Source: Deltaproteobacteria bacterium
GTDB taxonomy: Bacteria; UBA10199; SBBF01
Direction: 5' to 3'
DNA: 60,869 bases
Assembly (NCBI GenBank): GCA_016183175.1
Contig: JACPFC010000040.1
Coordinates: 1 to 60,869 of the forward strand
Both the position numbers and the translations under genes were made by a program. This document shows, in pieces, positions 26,075 to 34,900 of the stretch; positions within the stretch are counted from its first letter, which is position 1; every line of letters starts with the position of its first letter. Below the pieces are notes generated by a model, which was not told where the DNA came from, ran no database searches, and worked only from the letters and a program-made list of their open reading frames with translations.

Positions 26075-27271
26075 ATGAAAACACACCTCAAAAACACCAC
26101 CTCCACCAAGAAGAAAATCAGGCTCGAGGTGCCGGTCTCGATGGTCAACGACGCGTTCGATGCGGCGTACAAGAAAATAAGGGCCAAGGCGGTCGTGAAG
26201 GGCTTTCGGCAGGGGAAAGTCCCCGACGCCATGCTCGACAAACACTACCTCTCCGATGTCGCCATGGAGAGCGTCAACGCCCTGGTCAACCGCACCTGGC
26301 CCGAGGCGCTCAAAGAGCATGGACTGGCGCCGGTTCTTCAGCCCCGTTTTGAAATCGGCGTTCCGCAAAAGGGAAAGGACTTCGTCTACGAGGTGGAGGT
26401 GGAGGTCAAACCGAAATTCGAGGTGAAGGACTACCGCGGCATCCCCATCGCAAAAAGAAACGCCGTTATCGAACCAAAGGAAATCGACGTGGAACTCAAG
26501 CGCCTGCAGGAATCGCGCGCCCAGCTGAAGCCGATTGAGATGGATGTCGCCCTTAAAAAAGGGCTGGTTGCCACCCTCGATTTTACGGGGACCGTTGACG
26601 GCAAACCCTTCGAGGGGGGGAGCGCCAAGGGGCATATTCTGGAATACGGCCAGGGGCGCTTTTTAAAATCATTCGAGGATCGGATTGAAGGGATGAAAAA
26701 AGGGGAGACGCGCGCGATCGATGTCAAATTTCCCGACGATTACCCGGAAGCAACCCTTAAGGGCAAAGAGGCAAAGTTCACTGTCACGCTCCACAACCTG
26801 ATGGAAAAACATCTTCCCCCCATCGATGACGAGCTGGCCAAAGACATCGGCAAAGAAAATCTCGAAACGGTCAAAAAGGAGATCGAACAGTTTCTCCTCA
26901 AAAAAAAGGAGCGGGAGTTCCGGAAATATTATGCGGAGGAGGCGATTGAATATCTGCTGAAGAAAAATTCCTTCGATCTTCCGGAAGGGCTTGTTACCCA
27001 CGGGGTGGAGCAGGGCAAAAGGAAAAAAGAAGAGGTGGAACGCCAGCTTCGCATCGACTTTATCCTCGACGCCATCGCCAAAAAAGAATCGATCGCCGTC
27101 CAAAACGCCGACATCGAAAACCGCTTCAAACAGCTCTCCGCCGTTTACCGGCAACCGGCAGAGGCGGTCAAAAAGCATTATCTCGAAAACCGCCTCATCC
27201 CGCAGTTGGTTTCCCAGCTGGCGCTGGAGAAAACCCTTGATTTTGTGATCGACAACGCTACATTGAAATAA
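26075..27271 (+). CDS. tig: trigger factor
   Basis: N-terminal ribosome-binding signature VKGFRQGKVP, a central FKBP-type block (DFTGTVDGKPFEGG) and a C-terminal helical arm. 398 aa. Confidence 0.9.
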   Translation: MKTHLKNTTSTKKKIRLEVPVSMVNDAFDAAYKKIRAKAVVKGFRQGKVPDAMLDKHYLSDVAMESVNALVNRTWPEALKEHGLAPVLQPRFEIGVPQKGKDFVYEVEVEVKPKFEVKDYRGIPIAKRNAVIEPKEIDVELKRLQESRAQLKPIEMDVALKKGLVATLDFTGTVDGKPFEGGSAKGHILEYGQGRFLKSFEDRIEGMKKGETRAIDVKFPDDYPEATLKGKEAKFTVTLHNLMEKHLPPIDDELAKDIGKENLETVKKEIEQFLLKKKEREFRKYYAEEAIEYLLKKNSFDLPEGLVTHGVEQGKRKKEEVERQLRIDFILDAIAKKESIAVQNADIENRFKQLSAVYRQPAEAVKKHYLENRLIPQLVSQLALEKTLDFVIDNATLK

Positions 27272-27400
27272 ATTTCAAAGTTCAAAGTTCAAAGTTCAAA
27301 AAAAGTTCAAAAATTCAATGAACAGGGATTGGACCTTTGGATTTGTCTTTTGGAGTTTGATTTGACATTTGACATTTGGAATTTGAAATTTGGAATTTTT
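27272..27400. repeat. CAAAKTY-heptad palindromic element, copy B (tig-clpP spacer)
   Basis: Left arm ATTTCAAAGTTCAAAGTTCAAAGTTCAAA. Right arm TTTGACATTTGACATTTGGAATTTGAAATTTGGAATTT. Confidence 0.85.
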
Positions 27401-27445
27401 TAGTCCTGTTTATTGGTTTAAACCTGCTATAATCGGAGGTCGTTT

Positions 27446-28078
27446 ATGAAAGAACCAATCGTTAATCAGCTGATCCCCATGGTCATCGAAAGCACCCACC
27501 GGGGCGAGCGGGCCTACGACATCTACTCGCGGCTTTTAAAGGACCGGATCATCTTTATCGGCACGACGGTGGACGACACGATGGCCAATCTTCTGATCGC
27601 CCAGCTTTTGTTTCTCGAATCGGACGACCCGGAAAAGGACATCTACATGTACATCAACTCCCCCGGCGGCTCGGTGACGGCCGGTTTGGCGATTTATGAC
27701 ACAATGCAGTATGTCCGCCCCGATGTCTCGACCTTTTGCATGGGGCAGGCCTCCAGCATGGGGGCGGTGCTGTTGGCCGCGGGGGCGCCGGGCAAGCGCT
27801 ATTGCCTGCCGCACGGGCGAATCCTCATCCACCAGCCCCTGGGGGGGGTCCAGGGGCAGGCGACCGATATCGACATCCAGGCGCGGGAAATTCTGCGCCT
27901 GCGGGAGGAGGTCAACCAGATTCTGGCCCGCCATACCAAACAAAGCCTCAAGAAAATCCAGACGGATACCGAGCGCGATTATTTTATGTCTGGACTGGAA
28001 GCGAAGCAGTATGGAATAATAGACGAGGTGGTTGAATTTCGCGCGAAGGAAAGAGATTTGAAAAAGGCGGCAAAGTAA
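27446..28078 (+). CDS. clpP: ATP-dependent Clp protease proteolytic subunit
   Basis: [19 protein letters not shown], the catalytic context GQASSMGA and ILIHQPLGG. Confidence 0.97.
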   Translation: MKEPIVNQLIPMVIESTHRGERAYDIYSRLLKDRIIFIGTTVDDTMANLLIAQLLFLESDDPEKDIYMYINSPGGSVTAGLAIYDTMQYVRPDVSTFCMGQASSMGAVLLAAGAPGKRYCLPHGRILIHQPLGGVQGQATDIDIQAREILRLREEVNQILARHTKQSLKKIQTDTERDYFMSGLEAKQYGIIDEVVEFRAKERDLKKAAK

Positions 28079-29328
28079 TGTCCAAAACCTTCACCGATCC
28101 GATGAACCTTTCCTGCTCCTTCTGCGGCAAGTCCCAGCGCGAGGTCAAAAAGCTGATTGCCGGGCCGACGGTCTACATCTGCGACGAGTGCATCGACCTC
28201 TGCAACGACATCATCGCCGAGGAGACGATCAAGCAGGAGCAGTTGCGGGTTCGCGCCACCATCCCCAAGCCCAAGGAGATAAAAACCATCCTCGACGAAT
28301 ATGTCATCGGCCAGGAGCACGCCAAAAAAATCCTCTCGGTGGCCGTGCACAACCACTACAAGAGGATCGACTCGCGCATCATCGCGCGCGACGTGGAGCT
28401 TCAAAAATCCAACATCCTTTTGATCGGCCCCACCGGTTCGGGAAAAACGCTTCTGGCCCAGACGCTGGCCAAAATTTTGAGCGTTCCCTTCACCATTGTG
28501 GATGCCACAACGTTGACCGAGGCCGGTTACGTGGGGGAGGATGTCGAAAACATCATTCTGAACCTTCTGCAGGCGGCCGATTTCGACAAGGCCAAGGCGG
28601 AGCGGGGGATTGTCTATATCGATGAAATCGACAAGATCTCGCGGAAATCCGAAAACCCCTCCATCACCCGCGATGTCTCCGGCGAGGGGGTTCAGCAGGC
28701 GCTTTTAAAAATCATCGAGGGGACGATGGCGAATGTCCCTCCCAAGGGGGGGAGGAAGCATCCCCAGCAGGATTTCATTCAGGTGGATACCACCAACATT
28801 CTTTTCATCTGCGGCGGGGCTTTCGTCGACCTGGAAAACATCATTGAAAAACGGATGAACCAGAAGAGCATGGGGTTCGGGGCCAACATCAAAAAGGCCA
28901 GTGAAAAGAAGATCGGCGAGATATTGAAAGAGGTCCAGACGGAGGACCTCCTCAAATTCGGGCTCATTCCCGAATTTATCGGCCGGCTTCCCGTGATTGC
29001 CACGCTGGAGGAACTGGACAAGTCGGCGCTCATCGACATCCTTGTCAAACCGCGCAATGCCCTGGTGAAACAGTATCAGCGGCTCTTCGAGTTCGAGAGG
29101 GTGAAGCTTAAATTCACCCAGCCGGCGCTCGAGGCGGTGGCGGAGCTGGCCATCAAAAAGAAATCGGGGGCGCGGGGATTGCGGGCCATTCTCGAAAGCA
29201 TCATGCTGGATATCATGTACGAAATGCCCTCACAGGAGGGGATTGAAGACGTTGTCATCAGCGACGACACGGTGCTAAGAAAGGCCCAGCCGATCATCGC
29301 CTACCAGAAAAAGGCCCAGTCGGCCTGA
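28078..29328 (+). CDS. clpX: ATP-dependent Clp protease ATP-binding subunit ClpX
   Basis: N-terminal zinc-binding CSFCGK..CDEC, Walker A GPTGSGKT, Walker [10 protein letters not shown]. 1-nt overlap with the clpP stop. Confidence 0.97.
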   Translation: MSKTFTDPMNLSCSFCGKSQREVKKLIAGPTVYICDECIDLCNDIIAEETIKQEQLRVRATIPKPKEIKTILDEYVIGQEHAKKILSVAVHNHYKRIDSRIIARDVELQKSNILLIGPTGSGKTLLAQTLAKILSVPFTIVDATTLTEAGYVGEDVENIILNLLQAADFDKAKAERGIVYIDEIDKISRKSENPSITRDVSGEGVQQALLKIIEGTMANVPPKGGRKHPQQDFIQVDTTNILFICGGAFVDLENIIEKRMNQKSMGFGANIKKASEKKIGEILKEVQTEDLLKFGLIPEFIGRLPVIATLEELDKSALIDILVKPRNALVKQYQRLFEFERVKLKFTQPALEAVAELAIKKKSGARGLRAILESIMLDIMYEMPSQEGIEDVVISDDTVLRKAQPIIAYQKKAQSA

Positions 29329-29350
29329 ACATGGAATAGAGGTAAATCCG

Positions 29351-31795
29351 ATGGATGAAAAAAAGAAACAGGTTCCCCTTCTCCCATTGCGCGACATCAT
29401 CATCTTTCCGCACATGGTGGTTCCCCTGTTTGTGGGCCGTGAAAAATCGATCAACGCCCTCGAAGAGGCGATGAACAGCGAAAAGGACATCCTTCTCGTC
29501 GCGCAGGTCAACGCCAAGACCAACGATCCCCGGCCCGACGACATTTTCAAGGTGGGGACGCTGGGGACGATCATCCAGCTCCTTCGCCTGCCGGACGGGA
29601 CGGTCAAGGTGCTGGTGGAAGGAAAGAGGCGGGCGCGGATTGTTCAATATCTTTCATTTGAGCGGACATTTTCCGTCGAGGTCGAGGAGATGGTCGAAGA
29701 CCGGGGGTTGAATCTGGAGATCGAGGCGCTGATGCGGTCGCTCAAGGCCACCTTCGAAACTTATGTGAAGCTCAACAAAAGAATCCCGCCGGAGATGCTT
29801 GCCTCCATCGCCGTCATCGACGACCCCGCGCGGCTGGCCGACACCATCGTGGCCCATTTGAACCTCAAACTCCCCGACAAGCAGAGGATTCTCGAAATCG
29901 ACTCCCCCAAAGAGCGGCTGGAAAAACTCTACGAGCACATGGAGGCGGAAATCGAAATCCTTCAGGTGGAAAAACGGATCCGCACACGGGTGAAAAAGCA
30001 GATGGAGAAGACGCAGAAGGAATATTATTTGAACGAACAAATGCAGGCGATCCAGAAGGAGCTGGGGGAGCGCGACGAGTTCAAGACCGAAGTCCAGGAG
30101 CTGGAGGAAAAGCTCAAAAAGAAAAAGTTGAGCGAGGAGGCGACGCAAAAGGTCAAAAAAGAGATCAAAAAGTTGAAGATGATGTCCCCCATGTCGGCCG
30201 AGGCCACGGTGGTGCGCAACTACATCGACTGGGTCCTGTCGCTCCCGTGGGCCGAGGTGACCCAGGACAAGAACGACATCATTGAGGCCGAAAAAATCCT
30301 CGAGGAGGACCACTACGGGCTGGAAAAAGCCAAGGAGCGCATTGTGGAGTACCTCTCCGTGCAAAAGCTGGTGGGGAAGATGAAGGGGCCGATTCTCTGT
30401 TTTGTGGGGCCTCCGGGGGTGGGGAAGACCTCGCTCGCCAAATCGATTGCCCGCTCGACCAGCCGGAAGTTTGTTCGCCTCTCGCTGGGAGGGGTGCGCG
30501 ACGAGGCGGAAATCCGCGGCCACCGGCGCACCTACATCGGCGCCCTTCCCGGAAAGGTCATCCAGTCTCTTAAAAAAGCGACCACCAACAATCCCGTTTT
30601 TCTCCTGGATGAAGTGGACAAGATGAGCATGGATTTTCGGGGCGATCCGTCGGCGGCCCTTCTGGAGGTTCTCGATCCGGAGCAGAACAACACCTTTAAC
30701 GACCATTACCTCGACATGGACTACGACCTTTCCAATGTCATGTTCATCACGACGGCCAACACCCTGCAGGCCATTCCGCTCCCGCTTCAGGACCGGATGG
30801 AGATCATCCGCCTGCCGGGCTACACCGAATACGAAAAGCTGGCCATCGCCAAAAAATATCTGATCAAAAAGCAGATGGAGGCCAACGGCCTTAAATCCGA
30901 AAACATCGAATTCAAGGATGCCGCCCTCCGGCTGATCATCCGCCGGTACACCAGGGAGGCGGGGGTGAGGAACATGGAGCGCGAGATTGCCGCCATCTGC
31001 CGGAAGGTGGCCCGAAAAATCGCCGAGAATCCCAATCCCGAAAGTGCAAAAAAAATAACGGTGACGGCCCAGTCAATTGCCAAATATCTGGGGGTCCCCA
31101 AGTTCCGGTTCGGGCTTATGGAGGAAACCGACGAGGTGGGGATTGCCACCGGGCTGGCATGGACGGAGTTCGGCGGGGAGCTTCTTTCAACCGAGGTGAG
31201 TGTCATGCCGGGGAAGGGGAAGCTCATCATCACCGGAAAGCTGGGGGATGTCATGCAGGAATCGGCGCAGGCGGCGATGAGTTATGTCCGCTCGCGCGCC
31301 ATTCAGTTCGGCCTCGACCGCGAATTCTACCAGAAGGTGGACATCCACATCCATGTCCCCGAAGGGGCCATCCCCAAGGATGGGCCGTCGGCGGGGATCA
31401 CCATGGCCACCTCGATCGCCTCAGCCCTTCTGCGCGTGCCGGTCAAAAGGGACATCGCCATGACCGGCGAAATCACCCTTCGCGGCAAGGTCCTGCCGAT
31501 CGGCGGGTTGAAGGAAAAACTCCTGGCGGCCCACCGGGGGCAGATTCGGAACGTGATTATTCCCAAAGAGAACGAAAAGGATTTGAAAGAGGTGCCGAAA
31601 AATATTCTCGACGATCTTCACATCTGGTGCGTCGAGCACATGGACGAGGTGCTCACCCATGCCTTGAACGCAAAGGACCCTTCCGACATCTTCAAGAACA
31701 AGGACTTCAACCTGGTGATGGAGGAGATTTATCCCAAAAAAGTCCTTCCGCCGGTGCCCGAGGTAAAAGAGGGGCCAGGGGTGATGGCGCACTGA
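29351..31795 (+). CDS. lon: endopeptidase La (Lon protease)
   Basis: LON N-domain, Walker [10 protein letters not shown], and the protease motif [14 protein letters not shown]. Confidence 0.97.
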   Translation: MDEKKKQVPLLPLRDIIIFPHMVVPLFVGREKSINALEEAMNSEKDILLVAQVNAKTNDPRPDDIFKVGTLGTIIQLLRLPDGTVKVLVEGKRRARIVQYLSFERTFSVEVEEMVEDRGLNLEIEALMRSLKATFETYVKLNKRIPPEMLASIAVIDDPARLADTIVAHLNLKLPDKQRILEIDSPKERLEKLYEHMEAEIEILQVEKRIRTRVKKQMEKTQKEYYLNEQMQAIQKELGERDEFKTEVQELEEKLKKKKLSEEATQKVKKEIKKLKMMSPMSAEATVVRNYIDWVLSLPWAEVTQDKNDIIEAEKILEEDHYGLEKAKERIVEYLSVQKLVGKMKGPILCFVGPPGVGKTSLAKSIARSTSRKFVRLSLGGVRDEAEIRGHRRTYIGALPGKVIQSLKKATTNNPVFLLDEVDKMSMDFRGDPSAALLEVLDPEQNNTFNDHYLDMDYDLSNVMFITTANTLQAIPLPLQDRMEIIRLPGYTEYEKLAIAKKYLIKKQMEANGLKSENIEFKDAALRLIIRRYTREAGVRNMEREIAAICRKVARKIAENPNPESAKKITVTAQSIAKYLGVPKFRFGLMEETDEVGIATGLAWTEFGGELLSTEVSVMPGKGKLIITGKLGDVMQESAQAAMSYVRSRAIQFGLDREFYQKVDIHIHVPEGAIPKDGPSAGITMATSIASALLRVPVKRDIAMTGEITLRGKVLPIGGLKEKLLAAHRGQIRNVIIPKENEKDLKEVPKNILDDLHIWCVEHMDEVLTHALNAKDPSDIFKNKDFNLVMEEIYPKKVLPPVPEVKEGPGVMAH

Positions 31796-31969
31796 CAATC
31801 TTGCTCTGATCAGCATCGCCGTCGCCCGTCGCCGTTGCCTACGCCATCGGCATCCTCGCCAACCGATTTTTCGGCATTTCATAATCCCCCCGACCTCTCC
31901 GAGGCAGTTTTTATTTATATACATATTTATTCTGTACGATTTTGTTTAAATTGTATACACTATCATTTT

Positions 31970-34900
31970 ATGAACAAACCCCGGCTGGTGGACAACCGGT
32001 ACAAAATTATCAGGGAGCTTGGAAGCGGGCTCTCTGGCGAGGTTCTGCTGGTGGAGGATGCCGGTGGGCAAAAGGCGCTCAAGTTTCTCAAGCGGATTCA
32101 GATGGGGGTTTCGCGCGAGGAGGCGCTGGCGAATTTTAAAAACGAGTTCTCCATTTTATCGGAGCTGAACCACCCCGGCATCGCCCGCATCCTCGACTTC
32201 GGTTTCGACCCCCTTTTGATGAAATACTATTTCACCTCCGAGCTGGTGGAGGGGGCCGATTTTCTCAAGGCCACCGAGGGGAAATCGATCGATGAAATCG
32301 AACTGCTTGCCGTGCAGGTATTCAGGGCGCTTAATTATCTGCACAGTCGCGGCATCTACCATCTGGATATCAAACCGCAGAATATTCTCGTGCAAAATCC
32401 CCCCCAACCCCCCTTTGACAAAGGGGGGGGAGGGGGGATTTCAAAACTCATCGACTTCGGCCTTTCGGCCCTGTCCAGACGGGAAAAGGTTGGCGGGACC
32501 CCCGCCTATATGGCCCCCGAGGTTCCCGCCGGCGGCAACCTCGACGGGCGAACCGACCTTTATTCCTTCGGCGTCGTTCTCTACAAGGTCCTCACGCGAA
32601 ACAACCCGTTTGCCGCCTCAAAACCACAGGACACAATCAAGAACCATCAGACACTCACACCCCCGCCCCCCTCCGAGGTGAATCCACAGGTTCCCAAATA
32701 CTGGGACCTGATTCTCATGCGCCTTTTGGAAAAAAACCCGTCCGACCGGTATCCGGAGGCCTCGGTGGTCATCCGCGACCTGAATTTTCTCGCGGGGAAA
32801 AAATACGAGTTCGAAACCGCCGAGACCCGCCTCTCCTATGTGCCGGAGAAGGGGGCGCTGGTGGGAAGGCGCCCGGAAATGCTGAAATTCCGCGCCCTGT
32901 TCGAGACCGTTTTTTCGCCTTCGAGTCCCACCCTTCCCCGCCTTTTGATTGTCGAGGGGGAAGTTGGGAGCGGCAAGTCGCGGCTTTTGACCGAATTCAA
33001 ATATTACTCCCAGCTTCACAATGTGCCGACTCTTTCTTTGAAGGAAGAAGAGGAGGGGAGCCATCCGCCCCCCTATATGGTTCTGATCGACGAACCGGAA
33101 AATATCCCGGCCGAACGGGTCGGGGCGCTTCTCGCGCATTCGGTCAACAAGAAAGTTCTCATCGTGTGGGCGGCGCCGACGGCCCCTTCCGCCTTAAGCC
33201 ATTGCGAAAAAATACGGCTGAACCCCTTCGATGCCGTCGAACTGGCCGCCTATCTGACCGCCGTCACGGGGCTTGCCGACCCGCCACCCGGGCTGGTGGA
33301 CGAAATTTTCCGGCGCACCGGCGGAAATCCGCTGTTTGTCACCGAGCTTCTCAAAACGCTTCTGCGCCATGATCTTCTCCTCGACGCCTCGGGCCGATGG
33401 GCCGGTCCCACACTCGAGGACATGAAAATCGACTTTGAAAAAATAAAGGCCCCAAAGACCGTCTCCGAGCTTCTTCTCCGGCGCCTGGAAAAACTTGACG
33501 CCGAGGAAAGAAAAATCGTCGAATGGATGGCCGTCTTCCGTGAGGCCTTAAGCCCTTCCACCCTCGAACTTCTTGCCGAAATCAGGCGCCCCCAAACACA
33601 TCTTTTAAATCTGGCCCGCGAAGACATCCTTTCGCGCCAGGTCGTCGAGGGAGGCTATTTTTTCAAGAATATCCTGATGGGTGACGTGATCTACGAAGGG
33701 CTCCCCCTCGAGGCGCGGCGCAAAATGCACGACGCGGCGGCCCGGTACCTCGAAAAAACAAAGGGGTCCGAAGAGAAAATTCTCCTTCATCGCGGCAAGG
33801 GGACAGGCGACAAAGAGGCGGTTTCGGCACTCTGCGAGCTGGCCGGTCTGCAGACCAAAAAGGGGGGGTTTGGCGAGGCAGAAAAAATTCTGGAAACCGC
33901 ATGGGGCCGCGCGCAGAAAATGGACCCAAAGACCCAGATTGCCGTGGAGATTCAGCTGGCCGAAAGCCAGGTTAAGGTACGCAGGTACACCGAGGCGATC
34001 AACCACTATCTTCATCTGAAAGGGCTTTTGGACCGTAGCCTCCCCGCCGGGGGCGCCGGGAAGGAAAGAATTGCCGTCTACGAAAAACTGGGGGACCTCT
34101 ACGCCCGGCTCGACCAGTATCCAAAGGCCCTCGAACTCTTTGACGCCGCCATCGGGTGGCTTGATCCCGTCGGGGTCGGCCCCCCCGGGGCTGGCCCCCC
34201 CGGGGCTGGCCCCCCCGGGCTCAAACCGGGCGACCGGACGGCCCGGATGATCCTGGAAAACCACCGGGCCAACATTTTCATGAAATCGGGAAAACTGGAT
34301 GAGGCGGAGGCCCTTTTCCGGAAAAATCAGCTCCTCTGGGAAAAGGGGTTCACGGCGGAAGAAAAAACCGGGGTGGCCAACAACCACCTTGCCTATGTTT
34401 TGATTCTGCAAAAAAAATACGGCGAGGCGAAGGTCGAAATCGACAAACAGATCGCCTTTTTCCGGAAAAACGAAAACCCCTACTGGCTGGCCCGCGCCCA
34501 TTACCTGTACGGCGATCTCTACTACCAGCAGATGATCATGGTTCACACGGGGAAAGAGCGCGAGAGGGACAAGGCCGAATCGATTTCGGCCTTCGAGGAG
34601 TGCCACCGGATCGCCAAAGGCATCGACAGCTTCGACACGATGCTCCGTGCCTACAACGGAATCGCCAATCTTTATTTTCACGAAAAGGAGTACGTCCAAT
34701 CGCGCGAATACTACGAGCGCGCCCTGGCGTTGGCCCGCAGGCAGGAGGATTACGAGGCGGCGGCGGCCATTTCGCTCAACCTGGGCAACATCTTCCGCCT
34801 CCAAAAGCAGTACGCCGACGCCTATTCCTACCTTGTCTACACCGTCAACACGCTGGAGGGGGCCGACCCCAAAAATTACCAGATCTGGTTTTTTCTGCTG

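Noticed and set aside
27428-27433. TATAAT hexamer upstream of clpP as a promoter.
   Set aside because: It sits so close to the start codon that the Shine-Dalgarno GGAGG would fall at or upstream of the predicted transcript start. clpP is more likely co-transcribed with tig through the heptad element.
32395-34221. G-quadruplex or i-motif function for the G6/C6 and C7/G4 runs.
   Set aside because: It is plausible chemically, but duplex hairpin formation explains the symmetry better, and I cannot evaluate G4 stability without computation.
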